Origin: Octopus sinensis | Lineage: Eukaryota | DNA length: 64,000 bases | Reading direction: 5' to 3' | Assembly: GCF_006345805.1 (NCBI RefSeq) | Contig: NC_043021.1 | Coordinates: 28,024,001 to 28,088,000, forward strand | Shown here: positions 39,616-53,512 of the stretch, one piece after another | How the letters are laid out: every line of letters begins with the position of its first letter | Position numbering within the stretch: position 1 is the first letter of the stretch | Notes under the pieces: generated by a model | What the model was told of the DNA's origin: nothing | Database searches by the model: none | The model's input: the letters and a program-made list of their open reading frames with translations, nothing else | Made by a program: the position numbers and the translations under genes

Positions 39616-40720
39616 TACGGGTACCTTAGAATCTTTGAGAAGGATGCACACGCTGGTGCTGTGACCAATGCTACAAAAGAGTACTTCTGTGGACTGAAGA
39701 AAATATGCAACTCAGAGTTGCCTACGTCTCACAATCCCATATCTCACAATGCTTTTGAAGTGCCTGTGCTAGTGCAAACAGTTGGGTTTGTAAAGTGGAC
39801 ACTCGACGAGAAAGGTACAGCCTAGAAAGGTACTGGACATCACTGACGACTTCCTGATTAACAGCGGCGGATGGCATCTGTGTGAGGCGAACTGATGGCA
39901 GTAGAATCCTATGCTCAGTCTAAACAGCGTTTGAATGAACGGCACCGCTGCTGACGACTGAGAACTCGTTAGTCGTCGAACGCCCTCCCCCCTCGGCCGA
40001 GCCCATCGACGACCGCGTGCCTAACACACGGACACACACACTCGTCGCGCTCGATATCGCCACCATGGCTTTCGAATGAACAGTAAAGAAAGAAATGAGT
40101 ACATTCCATATATATTCAAAAATGAGAGCAAAAACAGCTTCAAATCGGTGAAGAACTACTGTGCAGGTACTCTGAAAATACAATTGTCTCATGCGACCCA
40201 AAGAGGCTAGACTGACCTACCTAAACAGAAGCTTGGAAGAGAAACAGGCATCACACCAACAAAAAGTAATGGTTGGGTACATATCTCATAAGAGTAACTC
40301 CACCTTGACCTATAATCGATACTTTACATCCCACCTCGAAGGATATGCCTTCGCTATCAATTTACAGAGGATAACTTCTAAAGACTTAAGTAAAGAAGAC
40401 GGACAAAGATATCATCAAAGCACCACGTTGTGATAAACGATGTCTGTTCTGCTATATCAGTGTGGGGAATATCACCCACGTCATCAGTAGCGGCTCAAAA
40501 TTGTCTACGAAAGCCTACCTGCCCTTGGGGCATGATATAATTGCAATGCTATGCACAAGAAGGACTGTCTGGACGTATACATCAAAGGTCTATCGGGACC
40601 TGCAGGTACTGACAACTTTAAAAACAAAGAATACAAGTGGAACACACCAATAAAAACAGAAATTCGGTGCAAACATAGCAGTCCTGATATTGTTCTGTCT
40701 CAAAAAGCCAACGATGGTTT
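39616..40720 (+). pseudogene. R4/Dong-like RLE-type non-LTR retrotransposon, 3' half
   Basis: YGYL...KEYFCGLKKICNSEL (RT end/thumb), FTSHLEGYAFAI, RCLFC...ITHVISS (CCHC knuckle), LGHDIIA, KHSSPDIVL (RLE PD motif); frameshifted. Confidence 0.7.
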
Positions 40721-41433
40721 GGCTAGTTTCCCTTGCGAATTCTTTTTCTCACAGATTCCTCTCCATCTGGACGGCCAAGGTCCCTCAATAACGGGTTTCA
40801 GGAAACCATAGTTGAGGAAAATTCAATGGAAACTGCGCGAGAATTTATAAAGCAGTTCGATTTTAGTGGCCCTTCAATCCTATGAAACCTTGCGTCTTTC
40901 ATCATCTAACTACTTCACAGTTTAACCAAAGTTCTGTCGTGTTCGTGTATCATTGATGTGTGGACTGCGTACGGAAACTATTCTGCGACGGACCGGCGTC
41001 CCGTCGAGGGTGGGGGTGGAATTTATTCGCTATAGACATCAAGAAACTGACCTTTATTAATCAGCATGACTGGAGAAGGTAACTTTAACTTTCACTAATC
41101 TACGGAATTTTATCCTGGGAGAATCATCTCAAGTGAGGCAAAGTGGATCCTCTGTAATCGTACCCAAAGAAAATGCTAATGATTGGAAATGCTCCAAACG
41201 GGGAATACACTCCCAAAATATTGGCTTGAAATTTTGGCACAAGCTTGAAGGATGGATCGTGATGATTACAACCAACACCGAAAGGATGAAAGGCAAAGTC
41301 GATCACGGCGGAATTTGAACCTTGTACGTAAGGACGGACGAAATGCCGCTAAGCATTTTATCCCGCGTGCTAGCGATTCTATCAGCTCGCCGCCTTACAC
41401 CCCCTAAATGTAATGTTATATGTTTCTTGAGAT

Positions 41434-41790
41434 ATGAAGGAAGTCACATATGAAACGGTAAGCCAAAACGAAACAATTACGGCGGAGAAAACATTGTCAT
41501 CAATGGGAAGCGTTGCCAAAATGATCAATCATAAAGATGTGTCTTACACTGTAATGCAAGCCACTCAGGAGAAGTTTAAGGCACCAAATATGGGCGTCTT
41601 GCCTTATTTTCTTCACTCTCTTGACCTTACTCTATCTGACAAGCATATTTTTCAGATGATTGTAGCATTATTTAGAGAGGAAATAATTTATTGATTTTGA
41701 AGATGTTAAAATGGTATTAAATGCTTCTTTGCTTTGAAATCTGAAGAATTTTTGCCCGAGGATTAACAATTTACAAAATAATTAGTGTTA
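41434..41790 (+). pseudogene. Mariner transposase 3' relic
   Basis: NETITAE...VLPYFLHSLDLTLSDKHIF corresponds to the mariner HPPYSPDLAPSDYHLF region. Confidence 0.65.
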
Positions 41791-42317
41791 TGTTATCAAT
41801 AATGATAATTTCAAATTTTTGCACTAGGCCAGCAAGTTTAGGGCAGGGGTAAGTCAATTATATCGATAGAAGTTGCTCAATTTGTACTCATTTTATTCAC
41901 AACGAAATGTCTCGGTGGAATTTGAACTTCGAGCGTGAAATCACCAAAATTGACGCAAAGCATTATGCCTGCTATACTAACGGTTCTGCCAGCTCGCCGC
42001 CCTAATGAGTGCAAATATGGATTTCAAATGTTGTCAGAAGGCCAGTAACTTCGCGGGTGGAGTAAGTCGATTATATCGACCCCAGTCTGCAACTGGTAAT
42101 TATTTTATCGTCTCCGAAACGATGAAAGGTAGAGTCAAACTCGGCGAAATTTAAACTCAGCACATAAAGACAAACTGCGAGGTATTTCGCCCCGCGTGCT
42201 AAGGGATTTGCTAGCTCGGCGCCTTAAAGGAGAAGAAGTATTATCTTGATTAAATATGCTGAATAAGAACAAAGAAAGTTCTCTTTCATATCTGGAAATG
42301 GACAGAACTTTATTTCC

Positions 42318-42372
<55 letters not shown>

Positions 42373-44324
42373 AGAAGTACGCACACACACAGAAGTACGC
42401 ACACACACAGAAGTACGTACACACACACACAAACATACACACGCACGCATGCACACGCGCACACACATGTTCTCACAGACGGACACGCCCACACACACAC
42501 ACACACACAGATACATACATACATATGATTATATATATATAAAGATAAATTTAACAGAGACTGATGGATATCAGTGTCGTCAATACTTCTATTATGTGGA
42601 GAAAGTGACATAAAGAATGGAGCAATTTACCGTAGGCAATAGAATGCTTAAAATTCTGGACAGACTACTTTTCAGGATGAAGATGAGTGACTGGAAGCAA
42701 AAGGAAGTTATTAGAATTTAGACCTACTTACACACCACTGTGGAGCTCTTTTGAGTACGTTATGCATTTGCCTTAGCCATAATACTATCTTCAGCTATTT
42801 GATCCATAACTTATTCTCTTAAAAGTGAAACCAGCTCGATTTGACCTAGGTGTAGTGGTTACTACAGTGTGCTTCCTTCCTAACCCACATTTCCGAACAC
42901 TCGAGCCGAAGCCACACCACCGGATGTAGATTCATGCCTTACACAGAACAATATATATAATTTAAGAAATAATTAAATGAATGAGAAATACGGTTGGTAT
43001 CGACAGTAGTGTTATAACAAGACAGATTTCATTTCCCAAGAAAATAAAACGTAGACAGCTGATGCGTAGTTAAATATTTGCTGAGGAATATAATGAAAGC
43101 AACCATATTAAATGGAAAATTTCCTTCCATCTTTTAGTGTGCATCTGCGACCAAAATTTTGTTTACATATTAAACAGTTTCTGGTTTTCAGCGACAACAT
43201 CAGTCACCACATAAAGTAATATGAGAGTGGTTTATGGAAGAGATAATGTTTAAAACTGAATGTTATTTCATATGTAAACAAGTAAGATGGAATCATAATT
43301 GAAATCCTGTTACACTTTAGAAGGATTTGAATTGTAATCCAAAAGTCCAACCTTCAACACTTCTCGCAGTTATGGCTTTACAGAATCAATAGATGCTTAC
43401 CCAATGCATATACACACATGCATGCATGCATACATTTCGCTTCTCTTTCTCCTGTCAGAAGGAGAAAGAGAAAAGAAAGAAGAAAATGAATAAAAAAAGT
43501 AAATAGATAAATAATAAATAAAAATCACAAGTACAGTGTAATATACAAATCTATATACATACACACGGGACAGAGGTACTAAAACATACACACACATACA
43601 GACGTCAACGCAAGAGCAGTTAGAGATACATAGCGCAAAGGACAGAATGGAATAAGCAGGACAAGAGGAGACACATGGGACAGAATTATTCTTGAGGTCA
43701 CAGAATATGGGACGAAAATATCTTGACAGACGTATAAACTAAAAATGATTCGAATGGAAACTAAAGTGGAAATGGAATAAATAAAGCATGGAGTTAATTG
43801 GCAGAAAATGATAATAAAGAAAGAAAAGAAAAGAAAACCAACCATCTACAAGTGCAACGATGTTTGTTTCAACACAAGTGTTCACATAACAAAACACCCT
43901 CTAAACTCTATAACATAGCCCTTAATTTGACGGGAAGGAGTAGGTGGGTACGTTGGTTTAAATAGTAGCATACTTGTCACGAAAAGAGGTGCGGATTCGA
44001 GTTCCGTGCGTACAAAATATCCCATTTTTCCATATAGGGTTTTATGCCCCAAAATTTGATTATTTTCTTTAGCCAATACACGGTGATCGCCTACAAGCTT
44101 ATAAGATATTGTTTCTATTTTCAGAATATATATACATATATATGTGTCAGAAGACAGGCGTATCAAGTTAATCATGATTGTACTGCATGAACAAGGACCA
44201 TCCGCATGCATCCATCGCTATAGGACTTCATTGAATATAAAAATGATCAAGAATGAAATGATAGTGAGACATCTGTACGTTATTCGGTTTAAATGACAAA
44301 ATCTTCTACAGCATGTTTGCTACG

Positions 44325-44397
<73 letters not shown>

Positions 44398-45140
44398 ATA
44401 GATATATATATGTACACACACACACACACCACCGCACACAACACACACACACAGACAACACATATATATATATACTTAGATGAATAGACGGAAAGATGGA
44501 TAAATATAGAGATAGAATGATAACGGACATTAGGAACTTGCTATGTATTTCTTCATGTGGGTATCAAAGTGTGTGCATCTATATTAATAACTACTCCTAT
44601 GTGCCTTCTTGTAAGTGGCATCTTTTCAGTAAAATATGGCGTCTGTTATTTTTCTCTGCCGGATAAAACAAACGCTGCCAGACACTTTTTTTTATTTATT
44701 TATTTTTATTTATTTATGTTTTGGAGAGACAATGCATTATCGGCTACCAATCAAATAACATAGTTTCAAATCCAAAGGCAAAAGCGAATAAAATATCTGA
44801 TATCATCTTTAAATTATGCTAACATTACTCTTTCGAGATTCTGTAGATTTATTTCAAGAATAGCGAGAGATACATGAGGAACATAACTCAATCTTATCTG
44901 TGACGTTACTAAAACGCCATTTTGAATTTCAAGATTAAAAGAACAGTGATACAAAACTCCAAAAAGATATCGCTCGATTCATGTATTTTAAACGCTTCAA
45001 CTCACTTTTAAAATTACCGTGATGTTTGAACCCGTATTACTCTACCGTTCTTCGTCTTCGCAGTTTTAGGTCTCACATATGTATCCTTGGTTTAACACAA
45101 AGATTATTTATTTGGCAACATACTTTGACTTTATCTTCAC

Positions 45141-45187
<47 letters not shown>

Positions 45188-45543
45188 TACTGCTGCTACT
45201 ACTACTACTACTATCTTTTGAGGGTTACAAATGAAAGAGACATTTGTTCACCTCGTCTTTATAGATATTTTTTTTTGTTTTCTTTTGTCTTAAAAGAGAA
45301 ACAAGTGAATTTTTTTTTATTGTTTTAGAAAACAAGTAATATAGTTTTAACAAAACTAAAAGTCTGTCAATAAATATTGGCTGAGCACCATTAAAGAAGT
45401 TTGACTGCCAAAATACATACATAAGTCTGCACATATATAAAAATTATACGTATACATATACGTATGTATGTATTTATTTATGTATGTATATATACATATC
45501 ATTTACACACACATATATGTATGCAATATATATCTTTCTCTCC

Positions 45544-45578
<35 letters not shown>

Positions 45579-45819
45579 CGTATGTTTATATATTATTAGG
45601 TTGTATACATAATTCCAACCCTGTGTACTCTATGGGTCTCTTTATATTTTTGCCCCGTATCAAGGTAGGGTTTTGTTTATCTCACAATCACAAATTGATT
45701 TTAACGATCACCGTTTACTTTCTCCTATTTCACACTCCGCGCAGCCAATTATGCTCACAAGCACATCTGCACATATAGGAATGTAAGCATATAAATATCA
45801 TGAAATGATTTTATAATGT

Positions 45820-46118
45820 GCGAGGTGTAACGATTAGAGTATTCGGCTCACGGTTGCAAGGTCGTGAGTTCGATTTCTCGCGGCGTGTTGTGTCCTTAAG
45901 CAAGACAATTTATTTCCCGTTGGTCCAGTCCGCTCGGCTGGCAAAATTGAGTTTTAGCTGTATTTTAGCTGAGTTTGTACCTCGCTGAAGCACCTTGACA
46001 ACTACGTTAAGGGTAAGCGTTGTTGGATTTCTCAGCCGCTCGTACGTTAATTTCACAAGCAGGCTCTTCAGTTGATCGAATTAGTTGGAACCCTCCTCGT
46101 CGAAACCGATGGAATGAT
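45820..46118 (+). mobile_element. tRNA-derived SINE (family of 29548)
   Basis: gtattcggctcacgg...gtgagttcgatt...gtgtccttaagcaagaca...actacgttaagggt...ccctcctcgtcgaaaccga. Confidence 0.75.
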
Positions 46119-46642
46119 GTGAGTGTGTGTGTGTGTGTATGTGTGTATGTTTGTGTTTGTGTGTGTATGTATGTATGTATGTATGTATATATATATATAC
46201 ATACATATAAACACATACATATATGTATATACATACATATATGTACATATATATATATATAAAAACATACATAAATATATATGCGTGTGTTTATGTGTGC
46301 ATGTGTGTGCGTATGTGTGTGTTTGTGTGTATGTATGTATATATGTATGTATATATATAATATAAACACATACATATATGTATATACATACATATATGTA
46401 CATACATATATATATACAAACATACATAAATATATATGTGTGTATGTGTGCGTGTACGCGTGTCTGTATGTATGTGTGTGTACCTCTGTGCACAGAACAT
46501 ATTCGAATCATTCATGTGTGAAATATTCGCATATAATTCGCAGAAGAACATAATTACTATCGCGTTTACCGTCGTGATCATCATTAGCATCATCGTTCTT
46601 TTCTTCACCTTCCCCACGTTTATTGATTATTTTTGTTGTTGG

Positions 46643-46682
<40 letters not shown>

Positions 46683-46684
<2 letters not shown>

Positions 46685-46890
46685 GGCGGCGAGCTGGCAG
46701 AATCGTTAGCAATTCAGGCAGAATATTTAGCGGCATTTCGTTCGCCTATACACTATGTGTTTACATTCCGCCGACCTCAACTCTGGCATTCATTTTCTCG
46801 GGGTCGTTAAAATAAGTACCAGCTGTGTACTAGAGTCGATGAAATCGACGTAACCCCTTCACCACAATTGCTGATGTCGTGCCAAAATTT
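46683..46890 (+). mobile_element. tRNA-derived SINE (ggcggcgagctggcagaa family)
   Basis: aaggcggcgagctggcagaatcgttagc head directly after (TTA)n. Confidence 0.75.
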
Positions 46891-47456
46891 GAAACCAGTT
46901 TTGTTGCTGTTTTTATCGTCATCATCATTAGTATTACGCTTTGTTTTTTTGTTACTCTTCGTAGTACATTTTCTAAACCGTGAATTTCTTATCATCTAAT
47001 TTTGGAATATTTCCAAATGATGCTGCTAACCAATGTTTGGCACCAAATCTATTTATTTCGTCGATAGAAATTTTCTTTCTCTTTATATTTTTTATTGATT
47101 TAAAACAAAAAGTTATACACATTGAAATCATACCCTTAAAATTTGATTTTTTCGTCTGTTAGTTAAATGTTGTGCGCTACCTAATGTATTAACGATGCTC
47201 TGATCCTCATTGGGATCATATTCCGTGTCCCTGATTTAGATTAACTGTATCAGGTTACAGCGCCGTTTCAAAGGTTACGAAAAAGTTATAGAATTTTGCA
47301 AACTTCGTTGAACACATGACTGTATTTCAAGGTTAACAATCGCGATGCTGCTGTTAATCGTATTTCAAGTGAAAGAAAAATTGCTTGTATAATCACTAGA
47401 ATATATATAATGGTATATATGTATGTATGTGTGTATACATACATAATACATATACA

Positions 47457-48704
47457 CAGATGTTGGACAAAATAATGGAAACACCTAGCATCATCATAAT
47501 TCTGAAATATATATGAAACCGTTAAAAGCTTGTTTATTTTTGTTTTCTGATTTATTATTAGTGTTGCTTAATATGTTTTGCTAAAATTGCTGTTTCTTTT
47601 CAGATATCATCAGAAAAAGGTAATTAAAATTCATTAAAATGACAGATTTTTCGGACTTTCAAAGATGACAAATTGTTGGTGCTAGTATGACAGGCACTAG
47701 CGTACCGAAAACAGCCGAAGTGTTTGATGTATCAAGAAGTACTGTCTCGAAAGTAATGACAGTCTTTGAGAAAGAAGGAAAAACTGCCTCATCGAAACAA
47801 AACTCCGGAAGAAAACGAAAACTTTCAAATCTGGAATGTCGGAGCGAATTGTTCGGAAGGATCACAAATGCATAGCTCCCAGAATTACTTCAGAGCTTCA
47901 TGACCACCTGGAGTATCCATTTACCACAAAAACTGTTCACTGGGAGCTGCAAAAACCCGGATTTCACGAGCGGGCTGCAATCAGAAAACCTCTAATTTCA
48001 AAAACAAACGTTGCAAATCATTTAAAGCTACAGAATTGGTCCCTAGAGCAGTGGAAGAATGTTATTTTCTCGGACGAGTCATCCAATACCTTATTTCCGA
48101 CAACTGGCTGAGTATACGTGTGGAGACAGCTAAAAGAAGCATTTGATCCAGATTGCTTTCTTCCAACTGTTAACCATGGAGAAGGATCTGTGATGATCTG
48201 GGGTGTGCTATATCTTAGAAATCCGCCGGCCCAATGGTTTTTCTTCATGGCCGAATTAATAGTCAAATCTATTTAAGCATTTTATCTGATCAAATTCATT
48301 CTATGGTTGCGGAACTGTTTCCGAAGAGAATCGTAAACTTCCAGGATGATAATGCACCAATTCACACAGCTAAAGTTGTTACTGAATGGCACGAGGAACA
48401 TTCTTGTGAAGTTGAACATTTTATTTGGCCACCACAGGCCCCTGGACTCAATATTATTGAACATTTATGGAGCATTTTAGAAAAACAAGTAAAGAGTCGA
48501 TATCTTTCACCACCACCACAACAAGAATCGGAGACTGTTTTAGCCGAAGAATGGAAAAAAATTTCCTTTGGAAACAATTCAAACTTTGAACGAGTCCATA
48601 TCTCGTAGAATTCAAGCTATAACTACAGCCAAACGCGGTCCTACCCCATATCAAAATAAATTTCTTTGAAATTTTAGTGTTTCCATTATTGTGTCCAACC
48701 CCTG
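47457..48704 (+). mobile_element. Full-length Tc1-like DNA transposon, DD36E transposase pseudogene
   Basis: 28-bp TIRs (cagatgttggacaaaataatggaaacac / gtgtttccattattgtgtccaacccctg), TA on the right; HTH, FSDES (D 48073), QDDN (D 48348), NIIEH (E 48459): 36 codons between second D and E. Confidence 0.9.
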
Positions 48705-48714
48705 TATATACGTG

Positions 48715-48798
<84 letters not shown>

Positions 48799-49016
48799 TA
48801 TGTATATATATATATATGTATATATATTATATGTATATATATATTATATATTATATATATATATATTATATATTATATATATATATATGTATATATATTT
48901 ATATGTATATATATATATATATATTATATACATGTATATATTATATAATATACATATATATATACAATATATATATATACATACATCATATATGTATATA
49001 ATATATATATGTATAA

Positions 49017-49057
<41 letters not shown>

Positions 49058-49242
49058 ATATATAAACATATATATATGAATGTGCAGTTTCCAAGCAATA
49101 GGGACATTCACAAGGTGGTCCCAAATGACTCCTAAGCGCTCTAGGAATTAGTAATCGCATTTGCGTGGGAGAAGAGAGACGTGTTTTGGAGAAAATAAGA
49201 ATAATGAAAAATGGAGACAAACGCTGAATCATTTATATCACC

Positions 49243-49336
49243 ATATCACCGACATACGTTTCGATAGATGCATTAACATAAAACCGAGAGGAAGAAAACT
49301 GTGGGAAAATCCATCAATCTCATCAGGGAGGATATA
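49243..49336 (-). ncRNA. Type I hammerhead ribozyme motif in a PLE-like 3' stub
   Basis: CTGATGA gattgatg...catctatc GAAAC gtat GTC ggtgatat; canonical core and G10.1-C11.1, stem I imperfect. Confidence 0.7.
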
Positions 49337-49391
49337 AACAGCAGTGTCCATCAATAAGTCATTTTAACAGATGTAATAAAACTACAATATA

Positions 49392-49431
<40 letters not shown>

Positions 49432-49851
49432 ATATATATACCAATTAAGGACTGAACACGAAAAGTGGACAGTCAACATGCTAGATATAGACGTCAAATC
49501 GCCATTCTCCACAAAAGATTATGTTCTCAAATCAAACTCAGCACAAAACCGAAGCAATAAACAAGTGAAAATATAGGAAATAAAATAATTACCCATGTAC
49601 TGATCAGTTTCGGCTATTATTATCCGCAAGGATTCTTTGTTTAATATGCTAGACCACTGGTTTTAATTGATAAATATCAATTTCTACCCTTAATTAATTA
49701 TATATATAAAAATATCGTGTACATTAGAACACATTAAGAGGCTTCTAAATAAGAAAGCCTTGTACTAGAAAGAGCAGTGGAAAACTCAAACCACCAATTA
49801 TGGATAAATTCTCGAAAGGATTGAACATTAAAAACGTTTACCATCTAATTT

Positions 49852-49951
49852 AGTTCCTAGACCATGGCCCCCTACTGACGAAAGCTAGACTCAGTAAATA
49901 TTTTTTTACTGGAATGAGTTAGAATGAGTTAGAAACCATGGTCTAGGAACT
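49852..49951 (+). ncRNA. Hammerhead-like motif inside a 16-bp inverted repeat
   Basis: ccta CTGACGA (49875)...GAAAC catg GTC tagg; stem II disrupted by an aatgagttag duplication; agttcctagaccatgg inverted at 49852-49867 and 49936-49951. Confidence 0.5.
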
Positions 49952-50346
49952 GACAAATCCGTGGTATTCAGCAGAATATTTGCTGCAACCCATCTAACAA
50001 GGCAATGCTTTGGACTCGAACTCATAAGCATTGAACTTAATTGGCGCACACAAGTCGCAATTCACTCATCCTTAAGAATAATTTCCACAAAATTAAAACT
50101 GTTACGCTTCCATTGACTGCATGTGACCACCTCATAGATTATCGCGCTCTAACTAATTAACCGCATCAATATTCAATGTGCAATTTGATGCATATTATAT
50201 AATAATCATTTCCGGTTTTTCTCAGTTTGTTTGTTTGCTGACTTCCTGTCCTGTTAAAAGACAACAATTAGCAATCATTAACATCATAAATCCAGCACAC
50301 ACACACGCGCACATTCATATATATATATTCGTTACATGACATTCAA

Positions 50347-50410
<64 letters not shown>

Positions 50411-50824
50411 GCTGCTGCTACTGCTGCTGCTGCTTTCTACGGTAGTATTCTATCTCTTGCACCTTATCAATTTTTAACATGAAACAGAAGTGGTATCGGA
50501 GAAAACATGAACACATCGTTCTCGGAGGTTTGTTATCCATTAATCTGTTAACAATTTAAATAATTAAAAATCTATTCATCGTTCCATCTTCCCACTCTCC
50601 TCCAATACCCCAAAAAAGAATCAATAAATACATTATAATAAAAAGGAAGAAAAATACCATGGGAGCGGATACTGTTAAAACATTTTATTTTGGTTTTTCT
50701 ATTGGTAAAGGAGCAAAATAATTACCAGAAGATAGTGAAGGAGAATAAAACGAATTTCAACATAATTGAATGACTACAACCATACATATTTTCATATATA
50801 TATATATTATATATAATATATATA

Positions 50825-50855
<31 letters not shown>

Positions 50856-50958
50856 CATACATACACCCACAGATATATGCATACATGCATATATATATTA
50901 TATATATATATATATATGCCTATACATATGTATACATTAATACATAGATTAAATGTTA

Positions 50959-51006
<48 letters not shown>

Positions 51007-51826
51007 GATATATATATGATAAGATATGTATCCATATATTTATGTATACATATGTATATGTATGTATATGCATGTATGTATATTATGCGTTTGTACGTAT
51101 GTATGTATATATGTATTTAAAAAGTAACTTAAAATCGAAGTTTATTAAATCTGTTGAAATTTTTTTGCTCAATATAATGAAAAAAACATAAACAAAAGAC
51201 GAAAGAAAATCACTTCCGGCGAAATGTAATATAAAAAAAAACTATATAGATTAAGAAGTAGCCATATCGATTACCACATAATATCAAACTGATATCTCTT
51301 TTAATCAAGCGCACTATTGTGCTGTAAACAGAACGAAACTCGTTAATAAATCTCAACCGAGCGAACACTTAGTGGTTTCTAATAAAGTGACTCCTTAACA
51401 ATTCATGCTCTCTTTGCTCTCTCATTGATCGTGCATTTGTTTATTTTGTTAGATTTTTTGTTTCTTCTTGTGTGTGTGTTTTGGTTGTTGTTGGTTTCGG
51501 AAATTGCAAACAAACAAGAGCCAATGCATGCAGCAAGAATCTCTTTCTTGTCTCTCCCTTTTGTCTAATGTTTTTTTCTTTTTTGTCCAACGACTTTCCT
51601 GGGTGTGCATTCTATCGACTTCCCGCCGCCACGCGGGGCTTTCTAGGCAAAGGAAATTAACCTTATTTGCCGTTCATACGACGAACTCAGGAACAACAAA
51701 CGCGTAAAAAGTGACATCATTATGAAGCACTACCACCACGAGCAGAACCACCCCCACTACCCTCATCCTTATTACTGCCTCCATTGCCATGACCATAGAA
51801 CAAGGGCAAAGTCATCCCCCACCACC

Positions 51827-51857
<31 letters not shown>

Positions 51858-52525
51858 GCAACAACTACTACTAGAAATAATAATAGTAATGGTTTGCAAT
51901 TTCGGTACAGGGCCAGCCCTTTTTTTAGGAGGGCGGAAATCGATTGCATCAAAACCACGATTTGACCGGGACATATTTTAACAACTCCGAAGGGATGAAA
52001 GTCACAGTCAACCTCGGCGGAATTTGAACTCAGAATGGACGAAAAGCATTTCAGTCAGCGTGCAAATCATTCAGCTGACTCACCGCCTTAGCAACAACAG
52101 CACGAGTGGAGCAGGGGACTCGCGGTCGTAAGAACGCGGTTTCGATTCTCAGACCGGGCATTGTGAGTGTTTATTGAGCAAAAACACCTAAGCTCCATGA
52201 GGATCGGGGGTGGGGGTACCCCGCTGTACTGTTTCACCACAACTTTCTCTCACTATTACTTCCTACTTCTGCCACAAAGCAGAGGAACCATGGTGTAACC
52301 CACTATGGTATGGTAACCTTTCAGACCCTAGTCTAGATTGCGAATCCTTTCTATCCCGTTAAAAGCACCGTTTACGGATTGAGGATAACAACGTAGCTTT
52401 CGCGCTCGTACAACCGCCAGTCTATCGCGTGTGGTGGGTGGATCTCCAAGTTGCCACACGTATTAGCTTAGAGTAGGGTCGAATTAGAGATTATTTTTTG
52501 TGGCTAATGGCGTGAGCCCTGAATG

Positions 52526-52639
52526 GAAGAAGAAGAAGAAGAAGAAGAAGAAGAAGAAGAAGAAGAAGAAGAAGAAGAAGAAGAAGAAGAAGAAGAAGAA
52601 GAAGAAGAAGAAGAAGAAGAAGAAGAAGAAGAAGAAGAA
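52526..52639 (+). repeat. (GAA)n tract
   Basis: About 38 units; source of the poly-K ORF. Confidence 0.95.
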
Positions 52640-53512
52640 AACAACAGCACGAACAATAATACTGGTACAGTTATGCCTCGATTATCGTAGATGTTACGTT
52701 CCAAAATCTGCTGCGATAGGTGAAAATCCGCGAAGTATAAACAATAATGTAGAGTATATATTTAAAATCATTTCTATAGTTGATATATATTTATATCCTT
52801 ATAAATGCAAAACAATACCACACATTGGCCTCCTGAGAAAGAGACTTTATTTCACGTTGCTCCACTCAGCTGGCAATAAAAAGCAGGACCTGTAATTTAA
52901 AGGGCCAGCCTTGTCTCACTCTGTTTCACGCTGAAGATCCCTGAGAACTGCGTTAAGGGGACACTTCCACATTAATTTCACGAGCAAGCTGTCCCGTTGA
53001 TCGGATCAACTGGAACCCTCGTTGAATACGAGTTAGTTACGGGGACGGAAAGACACTAACACCGGGTGTCACGTGGTGGCGGTAATAAATACAAAGTCGA
53101 AAAGTCGCATGCACATACACACACACAAGAACACACACATACACACGGGCGCACATACACATACCTATATACGACAGGCTTCTTTCAGTTTCCGTCTACC
53201 AAATCTATTTACAAAGAATTGACCGGCCCTGTGCTATAGCACAAGACACTTACCTAAGATGCTACGCAATGGTATGTATGTGAGTACATTCGTACATACA
53301 CACATACATGCATACATACATACATACATACATACATACACACATACACACATACACACACATACATACATACATACATACATACACATACACACATACA
53401 CACACATACATACATACATACATACATACATACATACATACACACATACACACACACACACATACATACATACATACATACATACACACATATGTATGTA
53501 TGTATATATATA

